Source of the DNA: Cetorhinus maximus | Taxonomy: Eukaryota | Assembly: GCF_964194155.1 (NCBI RefSeq) | Contig: NC_135884.1 | Location: 64,418,001-64,482,000 of the forward strand | Length of the DNA: 64,000 nt | Direction: 5' to 3' | Part shown: positions 12,061 to 23,679 of the stretch, in pieces | Numbering within the stretch: the first letter of the stretch is position 1 | Layout of the letters: each line of letters begins with the position of its first letter | The notes under the pieces: model-generated | The model's database searches: none | Told to the model about the DNA's origin: nothing | Seen by the model: only the letters and a program-made list of their open reading frames with translations | Made by a program: the position numbers and the translations under genes

Positions 12061-12521
12061 AACACACCATACACTGAAGGGTCCTCTGCCTCGCTCAATT
12101 CCTTGTGCTTCCTGGTCGACATCTGAGCTAGATCCCGATTCCAAGAACTTCTGACCGATCATGGCCCAGCACTGATGATGATTGTGGAGAAGACTTTGGT
12201 ACAGAGATTGTCTTTTCCAACTGTAAGTTAGAGGATGTCTGTGTTAAGGAGGCCCCACAAAAGAAAACAGCAAGGAAAAGAAAGTAATCCAAAATAGAGT
12301 AAGTGAAGGACTGCATTCTGGCAGACTACCCAAATCTGCTGGCACCATTTAAGATATAGAACAAATTTAAGCAAAATCACATGAACAATAGACTCGAGAT
12401 TCACCCTACTCATCCCATAGTCACTGCATTACGTAATTACAATCTTCAGTTAATTTAGATCTTGTTTGAATTGTTTAAATAATGATATGATAGGAAATAT
12501 AATATCTATGTATAGTTTTAC

Positions 12522-12630
12522 TCTTCTTTCAAAAATCTGTTGGCAGCCTGAGTACTACTCCTGAGATCTTTATAACTAATGGGTGGAAAAAAAGCTTGTA
12601 GAAGTTGCAGACAGTCATGGTGAAGGAGTA
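12522..12630 (-). CDS. Candidate internal exon of an unidentified minus-strand transcript
   Basis: Acceptor ttctattttTAG (12632-12631), donor GA|gtaaaa (12521). The only frame open across it reads LLHHDCLQLLQAFFPPISYKDLRSSTQAANRFLKE. Confidence 0.3.
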
Positions 12631-13159
12631 CTAAAAATAGAACTAAATATCTTATAGAAAATAATAAAAGGCAGTGAAAGGGAAAGAAGAAAAGGCAAGT
12701 ACAGAAATTGTGAAAAGTAATAAAAATGCTGAAAAGAGAAAGCTGGATATTGTGTACACCCATTTATTAAAATGTCCTTCATCTAGAAATGTCCTTGGTG
12801 GTTGCTGGGAGTCAAATGGTGTCGTTTGTACTGTTTCTGTTTCCATTAGCAGCTACCGTCCATGGTAACCCTTGTCGAGGAAGCTCTACAATTCGGAGGT
12901 GAAATAAATTTTTATAGGGAAATGTCTATTTTCAAATAACCAGCGAAACCATATTTGAACGAATTCAAGCATGAGTTGGCACCGAGCTGCTTAACTAGGA
13001 CTCTTCTGGAGGCAACAGAGTACAATTTGTTTTAAAGGTTGTGGGTAATTTCTGTGGCTGTGTTGGCATTCAGTAATGTCAACTGCAGAATGTGAAGCAT
13101 TGAAACCATTATTAAATTGTGTAAGTTAAATTTATTCTACATGAAAAGAATAGTTTCCG

Positions 13160-13305
13160 TTTCAACTGTCCGTGTACCTACACCACAGGGTCTGCAGCGG
13201 TTCAACAAGGCAGCTCACCACCACCATCTCAAGGGTAATTAGGGATGGGCAATAAATGCTGCCCTAGCCAGTGACGCCCACATCCTGTAAACAAATAAAA
13301 AAAAA
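13160..13305 (+). mobile_element. Family A LINE 3' tail fragment
   Basis: AAGGCAGCTCACCACCACC...GGGATGGGCAATAAATGC followed by an A-tail. Confidence 0.85.
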
Positions 13306-13659
13306 CTTCCTCTCCTCTTTGCCTGGGCTCTGACTGTCACTGGAACACAGTTCCTTGTGTGAGCTCCAGTAATTGCATGTTGAGAATGAATGAGTCTGAA
13401 GCTAGCCTATATCTTAAAACAGATTTATTTCCAAGACAGCAAAGCAAAGTCACAGGCTCTCCCAATTCCGCCAAGACACTCATTGAATTGGTTTATACAC
13501 TCTTACAATCATTCGCTATTCCTTCCCCAATTTGGAACAGCTGAGCTTACAAACATTCAGCATTAACACCTTGGGCCCAAGCAACTATCGAGTATCTTGT
13601 CCAAGTGCCCTTTCTTCATATATGATCCTCAGCAGGGCATTCAACTGTGGAGGGCATCA

Positions 13660-15678
13660 TTTTTAAAATTCATTGGCAGGACGTGGGTTTCACTGGCTGG
13701 GCCAGCATTTATTGCCCATCCCTAGTAGCCCTTGAAAAGGTGGTGTTGAGCTGCCTTTTTGAACTGCTGCAGTCCATGTGGTGTTGGCATACTCACAGTG
13801 CTGTTAGGAAGGGAGTTCCAGGGTTTTGACCCAGCGACAGTGAAAGAACGGCGATATATTTCCTAGTCAGGATGGTGAGCGACTTGGACGGGGACTTCCA
13901 GGTGGTGGTGTACCCATCTATCTGCTGCCCTTGTCCATCTGGATGGTGATGGTCATGGGTTTGGAAGGTGCTGTCTAAGGAGCCTTGGTGAATTCCTGCA
14001 GGGCATCTTGTAGATGGTATACACTGCTGCTACTGTGCGTCGGTGGTGGAGGGAGTGAATGTTTGTGGATGTGGTGACAATCAAGCAGGCTGCTTTGTCC
14101 TGGATGGTGTTAAGCTTCTTGAGTGTTGTGGGAGCTACATTCATCCAGGCAAGTGGGGAGTATTCCATCACACTCCTGACTTGTGCCTTGTAGCTGATGG
14201 ACAGGCTTTGGGGAGTCAGGAGGTGAGTTACTCATCACACTATTCCTAGCCTCTGACTTACTCTTGTAGCCACAGTATTTGTAGGGTTAGTCCAGTTCAG
14301 TTTCTGGTCAAGGGTAACCCCCAGGATGTTGATAGTGGGGGGATTCAGTGATGGTATTGTCATTGAATGTCCATCAAGGGGCAATGGTTAGATCCTCTCT
14401 TGTTGGAGATGGTCATGGCCTGGCACTTCTGTGGCGTTAATGTTACTTGCCATTTGTCAGCCCAAGCCTGGATATTGTCCAGGTCTTGCTGCATTTGGAC
14501 ATGGACTTCTTCAGTATCAGAGGAGTCGCGAAAGGTGTTGAACATTGTGCAATCATCAGGGAACATCCCCACTTCTGACCTTATGATGGAAGGAAGGTCA
14601 CTGACGAAGCAGCTGAAGATGGCTGGGCCGAGGACACTACCCTGAAGAGCACCTGCAGTGATGTCCTGGAACTCAGATGATTGACCTCCAACACCAACGA
14701 CCATTTTCATTTGTGCTAGGTATGACTCCAACCAGTGGAGAGTTTTCCCCTGATTCCCATTAACTCCAGTTTTGCTAGGGCTCCTTGATGCTACACTCGG
14801 TGAAATGCGACCTTGGTGTCAAGGGCAGTCACTCTCACCTCACCTCGGGAGTTCAGCTCTTTTGACCATGTTTGAACCAAGGCTGTAATGAGGTCAGGAG
14901 CTGAATGGCCCTGGCAGAACCCAAACTGGGCATCAGTGAGCAGGTTATTGCTAAGCAAGTGCTACTTGATAGCACTGTTGATGACCCCTTGCATTGTTTT
15001 ACTGATGATTGAGATTAGACTGATGGGGCAGTAATTGACCAGGTTGGATTTGTCCTTTTTGCGTAAGGACATAGCTGGGTAATTTTCCACATAGCTGGGT
15101 AGATGCCAGTGTTGTAGCTGTACTGGAACAGCTTGGCTAGGGGCACGGCAAGTTCTGGAGCACAAATCTTCAGTGCTACTGCTGGAATATTGTCAGGGCC
15201 CATAGCCTTTGCAGTATCCAGTGCCTTCAGCCGTTTCTTGATATCATGTGGAGTGAATGGAATTGGTTGAAGACTGGCATCTGTGATGCTGGGGACCTCC
15301 GGAGGAGGTCAAGATGGATCATCCACTCGGCACTTCTGGCTGAAGATTGCTTCAGCCTTATCTTTTGCACTGTTGTGCTGGGCTCCTCTATCATTGAGGA
15401 TGGAGATATTTGTGGAGCCTCCTCCTCCAGTGAGTTGTTTAATTGTCCACCATCATTCACGACTGGATGTGGCAGGACCGCAGAGCTTAGATCTGGTCCA
15501 TTGGCTGTGGGATCGCTTAGCTCTGTCTATCACTTGCTGCTTTTGCTGTTTGGCACGCAAGTAATCCTGTGTTATAGCTTCTCCAGATTGATACCTCACT
15601 TTTAGGTATCCCTGGTGTTGCTCCTGGCATGCCCTCCTGCACTCTTCATTGAACCAGTGTTGATCCCCGGCTTGATCG
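13660..15678 (-). mobile_element. Family A LINE, degenerate RT and 3' end
   Basis: ORF fragments MGPDNIPAVALKICAPEL, QGSVLGPAIFSCFVSDLPSIIRSEVGMFPDDCTMF and MEYSPLAWM. Confidence 0.92.
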
Positions 15679-15959
15679 TTGAGCTGGTTGGACTCATACC
15701 TGGCACAAAGGAAGATGGTTGCGGTTGTTGAAGGTCAATCACCTCAGTTCCTGGACATCACTGCAAGAGTTCCTCAGGGTAGTGTCCTCGGCCCAACCAT
15801 CTTCAGCTGCTTCATCAATGACCTTCCTTCCATCATAAGATTCTGGAAAGGATCAATCAGACTGGAAAGTAGCAAGCATAACCCCTTTACTCAAGAAGGG
15901 AGTGAAGCAGAAAACAGGAAACTATAGGCCAGTTAACTTGACATCTGTCGTGAGGAAGG
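15679..15959 (+). mobile_element. Patchwork of a family A LINE RT fragment (15679-15840) and a CR1 ORF2 fragment (15841-15959)
   Basis: VPQGSVLGPTIFSCFINDLPSIIR is directly followed by CR1 sequence encoding KTGNYRPVNLTSVVRK. Confidence 0.85.
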
Positions 15960-15976
15960 TTAGGGTTAGGGTTAGG
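15960..15976 (+). repeat. Short interstitial telomere-like tract (TTAGGG)2TTAGG
   Basis: Exact sequence TTAGGGTTAGGGTTAGG at a junction between repeat fragments. Confidence 0.8.
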
Positions 15977-15989
15977 CATTACCATCACA

Positions 15990-18100
15990 GTCATTCTCTG
16001 CCGTTCTTTATATTCTGTCCAATCATCTGTCCTGCCACTCATCTTTGCGGAATTGTATGCTTTTTTCTTAAGTTTGATGCTTTCCTTAACATCTTTCGTT
16101 AACCACGGATGGTGGGTCCTCCCCCTAGAATTTTTCTTTATAGTTGAAATGTACTTACACTGAATATTCTGAAATATCCCCTTAAATGACTGCCATTGCT
16201 TCTCTATTGCTCTATCCTCTAGCCTCGTTCCCAATTCACTTCAGCTAGTTCAGCTTTCATACCCACATATTTGCCCTTATCTAAGTTTAAGATACTAGTC
16301 TTAGACCTACTCTTCTCCCTTTCAAACTGGATGTAAAATTCAATCATATTGTGGTCACTGCTACCTAGGGGATGCCTTTACTCTGAGGTCATTAATTAAT
16401 CCTGTCACATTACACAATACCAAGTCTAATATAACCTGCTCTCTGGTTGAGTCCAGAACATGCTGCTTTAAAAAACTATCTCAAAAGCATTCTAAGAACT
16501 CCTCATCCAGGCTACTACTGCCAATCTGATTTTTCCAATTTATGTGTAGTTTAAATGTGCAGTTATTGCCGTCCCTTTATCACAAGCACACGATATTTTC
16601 TCTTGAACACTTTGTCCTACACTGTGGCTACTATTAGGGGGCCTGTAGACCACTCCCACTAATGACTCTTTCCCCCTACTATTTCTCATCTCCTCCCAAA
16701 CCAATTCTACATCCTGATCTCCTGAACCAAGGTCATCTCTAACCATTGCACAAATGCCCTCTTTGATTAACAGTGCTACCCCTCCACCTTTACCTAACTT
16801 CCTATTCTTCTTGAATGTCATGTACCCTTCAATATTAAGGACCCAATCTTTGTCATCCTACAACCAGGTCTCCGTAATTGCTATTAGATCATATTTATTT
16901 ACTTCAATGTGGGACATGAATTCATTTACTTTGTTATGAATGCTACATGCATTCAGATAGAGAGCCTTCAGTTTTGCCTTTTTGTTACCTTAGTAACATC
17001 TAGTCTTGACTGTTCATGTATTCTTAAGTTTTTTCTCTCTGTCCCTAACTGCCATTCTCTGACCCTCATTTCTCAGATTACTATTTTGCTCTCCTGTCTT
17101 GACTCTACACCTTGAATTGCGACCTCTACCCAAACTTGATCCCTCATCCTTCTTGTTTAGTTTAAAGCCCTCTCTACTTCCCTAGTTATGCGATTTGCGA
17201 GGACATTGGTTCCAGCATGGTCCAGGTATAAAGTCCCAATGGTACAGCCTCCACTTTCCCCAGTACTGATGCCAGTGCCCCACAAACTGGAACCCACTCC
17301 TCCCACGTCAGTCTTTGAGCCACACATTTGTCTTTCTAATCTTATTTACCCTATGCCAATTTGCACTAATCCAGAGATTAATACCATTGAGATTCTGCTT
17401 CTTAATTTGGTACCTAGCTCCTCATACTGACTTTGCAGAACCTCTTTCCTAATTCTACCTATGTCATTGAGACCTACATGGACCATGACAACTGGGTCCT
17501 CCCCCTCCCACTGCAAGTTCCTTTCCAACCTTGAGCAGATGTCCCAAACCCTGGCACTGGGCAGGCAACATAACCATCTGGACTCTCGCTCTTTGCTGCA
17601 GAGAACAGTGTTAATCCTCCTCACTATACTATCCCCTACTACCACTACATTCCGTTTTGCTCTCCCCGCTTGAACAGCTTCCTGTACCACAGTGCCATGG
17701 CCAGCCAGCTCATCCACCTTGTAGACTTTGCTTTCATCCACACGGGTTGTGAGCACCTCAAACCTGTTTGACAATTGCAAAATCTGAGGCTCCTCTGCTA
17801 CTGTCTGCTCGGTCCCATTACCTGCCTCACTGACAGTCACATCCTCCTGTCCCTCACTGCTGACCAAAACAGATGACCCTCTTCTAAGAGGTATGACTGT
17901 CTCCTGGAACAAAGTACCCAGGTATTTCTACCCCTCACTCATGTTGCGCAGTGTCTGCATTTTGGCTTTCAGGCCAATAATCCCGATCCGGAATTCCTCA
18001 AGCTGCTCACACTTCCTGCAGGCCTGTTTGTCATGGATCACCTTGGTGTCCAAAAGCTCACACATCTCACAGCTGCAACATAGCACCTGTCCCGCCATTC
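15990..18100 (-). mobile_element. CR1 LINE 5' half: ORF1 (SGNH esterase-like) and ORF2 AP-endonuclease, degenerate
   Basis: LSNRFEVL, VVVVGDSIVR and VHVGLNDIG (ORF1); KGGGVALLIK and VGVVYRPPNS (endonuclease). Confidence 0.9.
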
Positions 18101-18215
18101 TAATTTGTTATTTAATTTACTTTAATTACTTTCTTCTTATGTATGTTACAAATTACTATGTTTATTGAATGCCAGTACCACTGACAACTAAGGTTATATG
18201 CTTCTTAACTACAAG

Positions 18216-18690
18216 GTATGTCTTCACACTGTTTTATCCTGTGTCTCCACCACTCTCATTGTGCTCTTTTGTCCTGTGTCTCCGCCGCTCTCTTCACGCT
18301 CTTTTATCCTGTGTCTCCACAGCTCTCCTCGCGCTCTTTTATCCTGTGTCTCCGCTGCTCCCCTCGCGCTCTTTAATCCTGCGTCTCCGCCACTCTCCTC
18401 GTGCTCTTTTATCCTGTGTCTCTGTCGCTATCTTTGTGCTCTTTTATCCTGTGTCTCTGCTCTCCTCACGCTCCTTTATCGTGTGTCTCCGCCACTCTCC
18501 TCGTGCTCTTTTATCCTGTGTCTCCACTGCTCTCTTCGTGCTCTTTTATCCTGTGTCTCTGCTCTCCTCACGCTCCTTTATCCTGTGTCTCTGCCACTCT
18601 CCTCACACTCTTTTACCCTGTGTCTCCGTTGCTCTCCTAATGCTCTTTTATCCTGTGTCTCCGTTGCTCTCCTCGTGCTCTTTTATGCCC
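18216..18690 (+). repeat. Pyrimidine-rich minisatellite, about 35-bp unit (CCTGTGTCTCCGCCACTCTCCTCGTGCTCTTTTAT)
   Basis: About 13 diverged tandem copies, some shortened to about 32 bp. Confidence 0.9.
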
Positions 18691-18955
18691 TCTCAGGACA
18701 GAGATGAGGAGAAATATTTTCTCTGAGGGTTGTGTGACTTTGGAACTCTCTGCCTCAGAAGGCAATGGAGACGGGGTCATTGAATATTTTTAAGGCGGAG
18801 GTAGATTGATTCTTGTTAGGCAAGGGAATCAAAGGTTATCAGGGATGGATGGGACTGCAGAGCTTGAAACACAAGCAGTTCAGCCATGGTCTAATTGAAT
18901 GGCAGAGCAGGCTTGAGAGGCTGAATGGTCTACTCCCATTCCTATTCTTATGTTC
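18691..18955 (+). mobile_element. CR1 3' end fragment
   Basis: GAGATGAGGAGAAAT...GAGGGTTGTG...TGGAACTCTCTGCC and a GGCTGAATGGTCTACTCC tail. Confidence 0.85.
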
Positions 18956-18989
18956 TTCTCTTCAACAACTTTTCCGCTCCTATTTCATA

Positions 18990-19858
18990 TGTTTACTGAT
19001 GATTGCACAATGTTCAGCATCATTCACGACTCCTCAGATACTGAAGCAGTCCGTGTCCAAATGCAGCAAGACCTGGACAATATCTAGACTTGGGCTGACA
19101 AGTAGCAAGTAACATTCACATCACACAAGTGCAAGACAATGACCATCTCCAACAAGAGAGAATCTAACCATCACCCCTTGTCATTCAATGGTATTACCAT
19201 TGTTGAAACCTCATTATCAACATCCTGGGGGTTCCCATTGACCAGAAACTGAACTGGACTAGCCATATAAATACTGAGGCTACAAGAGCAGGTCAGAGGC
19301 TAGGAATCCTGAGATGAGTAACTCACCTCCTGTCTCCCCAAAACCTGTCCGTCAGCTACAAGGCACAAGTCAGGAGTGTGATGGAATACTCTCCACTTTC
19401 CTGGAGTTCCAACAACAAACAAGAAGCTTGATACCATCCAGGACAAAGCAGTCCACTGGATTGGCATCCCATCCACAAACATTCACTCCCTCCACCACCA
19501 ACGCACATGATGCACTGCAGAAACTCACCAAGGTTCCTTAGACAGCACCTTTCAAACCCACCACATCTACCATCTAGAAGGACAAGGGTAACAGACACAT
19601 GGGAACATCACCACCTGAAAGTTTCCCTCCAAGCCACTCACCAAAATGACTTGGAAATATATTGCCGTTCCTTCACTGTCACTGGGTCAAAATCCTGGAA
19701 CCCCCTTTCTAACAGCACTGTGGGTGTACCCACACCACATGGGCTACAGCAGTTCAAGAAGGCAGCTCACCACCACCTTTCTCAAGGGCAATAAGGGATG
19801 GGCAATGAATACTGGCCCAGCCAATGATGCCCATATCCCATGAATGAATAAACAAAAA
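18990..19858 (+). mobile_element. Family A LINE 3' fragment
   Basis: Collinear with the copy at about 11160-12060. Confidence 0.9.
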
Positions 19859-19935
19859 TCGTGGGCAGCTGCAGAACCCTCTCTGACTGTTTATTTTTTT
19901 CCCATTGCCTCAGGCCATGAGACACTGCTGCTACT

Positions 19936-20171
19936 ATAATAAGAGCAAAATACTGCGGATGCTGGAAATCTGAAATTAAAACAGAAAATGCTGGGAACAC
20001 TCAGTAGGTCTGGCAGCATCTGTGTGAGTTAACATTTCAGGTCAAACATGACTTTTCTCAGAACATTTTGAAGGGTTCTGAAGAAGACTCATATTCAACT
20101 CGAAACGTTAATTCTCTCTCCATAGATGCTGCCAGGCCTGCCAGGTATTTCCAGCGCTTTCTGTTTTTATT
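19936..20171. mobile_element. Palindromic Penelope-derived mini-element with two opposed hammerhead-like motifs
   Basis: Two Penelope tail copies in inverted orientation, flanked by the 12-bp direct repeat ACTGCTGCTACT (19924-19935 and 20172-20183). Confidence 0.8.
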
Positions 20172-20289
20172 ACTGCTGCTACTGTGTTGACTAACTGCAC
20201 ATTGGCTGAAGGTTGAAAGTCATGCTTTAGGCTAGGTGTTGCATTTAAATGTACCATCGTGAGCCCCTAACAGCTTTGATTAGTTCCTC

Positions 20290-20610
20290 CATGGCTCAAT
20301 TGTATCACTCTCACCTCGAGACTGATGGTATGGGATCACTCCCAGAGAGCTGAGCACATAATCTAGGGTGACACTTCAGTGCTGCATTCTCAGAGCAGCA
20401 GTCCTTTGGATGAGACAGTAAACTGAGCTCCCCATGTTCAGATGTATATGATGGCCAAGATCCCTTGGGTCCCTAATCAATATTCCTCCACAATTAATAT
20501 CACCGAGAACAATCTGACCATTCACCTGTTTGAAGTCTTAGGGAGCTTGTGGCATTTGCCAATGAAACAACTGTAACAATACTTCAAAAGTAATTGATTG
20601 AGAATTTGTA
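20290..20610 (+). mobile_element. Old SINE (DeuSINE/SacSINE1-like), degenerate
   Basis: Similar to copies at about 47560-47960, 52940-53295 and 62400-63120. Family assignment is from recall. Confidence 0.55.
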
Positions 20611-21140
20611 AAGACATGCAAGATCCCTCTTTAGCGAGACCATAGGGTGGGGACCCAAACTCACATTGAAAGACAGCAGAACATGTCTTAGGGATGGGAA
20701 AGCTGTGGAGGAGGTGATGCAGAATAATTTCTAGAAGGAAAACTATCACATGTTTAAAATATTAATTATTAATTCCAAATGTCTTGATACTGCAGCTCAA
20801 ATATCACAAACACTCCATGGTTAATATTTCAAACAAATTAAATGGTGGTGTGCTGGATATTATATAACTATTCATTATTTTGTGAATAGAAGTCTAAACA
20901 ATGCTCCTAGAAGCAGTTAACACAGGGTGGAGACTAGTTGCTGAGTTGCAAGGGGTGTTTCATCTACTCTGTCCAACCACATGTATAGTATTTTTAAACG
21001 ACTAAATTAAATGGCATGTGAACTTTGGAAAGACTGTGGGAAACAATAATCCTTTGTTTGCAAACTGAATCCTTTAAAAGCCAACGCAGGTTCTTCATGC
21101 CAAAATACAAAATATTACCTGACTGAAATATTTATTTTAC

Positions 21141-21567
21141 TTAATTCATTCTCAAGATGTAGGCATCTCTGGCAAGAGCAGCACTTACTTCCCATTTTTG
21201 ATTGTCCTTGAGGTGATGGTGAGCCACCATCTTGAATACAACTGAATATCTTGCTAGGCCATTTCAGAGGGCAGTTAAGAGTCAGCCACATTGCTGCGGG
21301 TTGGGAGTCACATGTAGGCCAGAGCAGGTAAGGATGGCAGATTTCCTTTCCGAAAGGGACATTAGTGATCCTGCTGGATTTTTACAACAATCTGGTATTT
21401 TCATGCGGTCACCATTACTGATACTAGCTTTTCATTCCAGATTTATTTAATTGAATTTAAATACCTCCAGCTGCTGTGGTGGGACTTGAACTCATGTTTC
21501 CATGGCATTAGTCCTAGCCTCTGGAGATCGGGATTAATAGTCCAGTAACATTACTACTATGCTACCA
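21141..21567 (-). mobile_element. tRNA-derived SINE whose 3' tail resembles that of the family A LINE
   Basis: Minus-strand head GGTAGCATAGTAGTAATG...GAGTTCAAGTCCCACC (A/B-box-like). The 3' end resembles the GGCTCACCACCACCT..CAAGG..CAA..GATGGG..TAAATGCTG LINE tail. Confidence 0.7.
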
Positions 21568-21823
21568 TACCTCTTGCCAAGACCTTTTAAAAAAATATTT
21601 ATTTCTGTATGGTTCTGTAGTGCTTCTACTATTAAATTCCTGCCTGCTAGCTCACAGCAACATTAGGGCCAATTAGGTCTCTTTGGGGTCTAGAATTGAC
21701 CAAGTGTTTGACTATTGCTCCATGGCTACTCTCGCTAGGTTCAGCATGCTTACTGAGGCAAGGTCCCAAGCTGCAGCACTTGAGTCTACTATCAAGATCT
21801 GAGTGAGCCATTAGGGCTATGTG

Positions 21824-22108
21824 CTAGTGAAACCACTCCACTGAATGTTTGCCATGCAGAGGACTTTCTTTAGGGCTCAGCCCATACAATCCTTCTATAA
21901 TGCTCCAAATGTAACTTTTAGCATTAACTGTGATAGCCTGGGTAAAGCCAGGTATTATGAGGGTGGAAATGAAATGCATGTCATCTCCAGTAAGTTGCTG
22001 TGACAGTCCAAAACAAATGAATACCGACTCTTCCATCATCGCCCACTGGCTGAAGTGTGCATTAAAGCATTCAACTTGCCCTAGTTTGCAAAACGCGCAT
22101 GGAGAGTC
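21824..22108 (-). CDS. Candidate terminal exon (94 codons plus stop) of an unidentified minus-strand transcript
   Basis: Strong acceptor ttttgcttgtctctttcAG (22110-22109), phase-0 frame DSPCAFCKLGQVEC...SVEWFH-stop, and AATAAA at 21603-21598. It could be non-coding. Confidence 0.4.
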   Translation of the reverse strand, partial: DSPCAFCKLGQVECFNAHFSQWAMMEESVFICFGLSQQLTGDDMHFISTLIIPGFTQAITVNAKSYIWSIIEGLYGLSPKESPLHGKHSVEWFH

Positions 22109-22214
22109 CTGAAAGAGACAAGCAAAATCAACCATGAATTATTTTCAGATTTTGACCAAGATATGCTTGATAAAACCGGATAATTACGTCAGTGTGGGGA
22201 GGATATGAATCATT

Positions 22215-22848
22215 CACCATATAAATACTGTGGCTACAAGAGCAGGTCAGAGGCTAGAAATTCTGCGACAAGTAACTCACCTCCTGACTCCCCAAAGCTT
22301 GTCCACCATCAACAAGGCACAAGTCAGGAGTGTGATGGAATGCTCCCCACTTGCCTGGATGAATGTAGCTCCCACAACACTCAAGAAGCTTGACACCATC
22401 CAGGACAAAGCAGCCCACTTGATTGTCACCACATCCACAAACATTCACTCCCTCCACCACCGATGCACAGTAGCAGCAGTGTATATCATCTACAAGATGC
22501 CCTGCAGGAATTCACTAAGGCTCCTTAGATAGCACCTTCTAAACCCAGGACCACTAACATCTAGAAGGACAAGGGCAGCAGATGGGAACACCACCACCTG
22601 GAAGTTCCCCTCCAAGTCACTCACCATCCTGACTTGGAAATATATCACCATTCCTTCACTGTCACCGGGTCAAAACCCTGGAACTCCCTCCCTAATAGCA
22701 TTGTGTGTGTACCTATGCCACATGGACTGCAGCGGTTCAAGAAGGCAGCTCACCACCATCTTCTCATGGGCAACTAGGGATGGGCAATAAATTGCCAACT
22801 GGCTGGCCCAGCCAGAGAAGACCACATTCCGTGAATGAATTAAAAAAA
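22215..22848 (+). mobile_element. Family A LINE 3' fragment
   Basis: AGQRLEILRQVTHLLTPQSLSTINKAQVRSVMECSPLAW, plus the family tail. Confidence 0.9.
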
Positions 22849-23679
22849 TGTACAGAAAATGCTATTCTCTTAAAGGGAGAATGTTATGGTTTTGCATAAT
22901 TCCTCTAAAGTCCTCATAGGTTCCTAGGCCTACAGGAAATGCAAACAGGCATAAATGAACTCTGGATGTCAGATAGGTTCAGTGATTTAACGATTAAACT
23001 CCCGACCTGCAGTCAAAATGTCCAATTTTCCAGATAGTTCTGGGATAATTAAAATGTATTTAACAAACTGCAGAGGGAATTCTGTCTTTAAGGGGATTAA
23101 AATAAATTTTTGAGTCATTGTATGTGCACAGTAGGAGGGTGTCCTGTACAGTTACATTAATGCCAATGTCTGGACTGCAGCAGAATATTAAATTCTTTGA
23201 GTAACATCATTAATCCAATGGGAAATATTATGTACAGTGGTAGAATGAACCTAATTCAATCCAAGTATACTAGCAGAAGAATGTAGTTGGGTCAGGAAGG
23301 CCTTCTTACTCAAGCAGACTTTAACATGCAGTTAATCCAATTGTAAAAGCATTTTAATGAAACTTTGCTGAAAAACCAGGTCTGGAAGCTGTTGAAGAGG
23401 TCACTGAAACCGGGCAGCATGGAGTTACAACACTAGCATCAAGATCCAGTAATGAAATTGTGTTTCATTAACGTTGTGCAGTTATTCAGGATTCCTGCCA
23501 TGTGCTCCCAGTGCATTGAAGCTCTGAGCTAAGGGCATGAATTTGTAGTGTGTATGCAGGTAAAATCAAAAGCTGGAAATCTGAAACAACATCTTCTGAC
23601 TGTACATCTCACTTAAAGAAGAAATACAAACAGAAAATGCTAAATCTGAAAAAAAAACACAGAATAATAGATAGCAAGA

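Noticed and set aside
18169-18726. Hydrophobic 185-aa and 169-aa ORFs resembling membrane proteins
   Set aside because: They are translations of the 35-bp tandem repeat.
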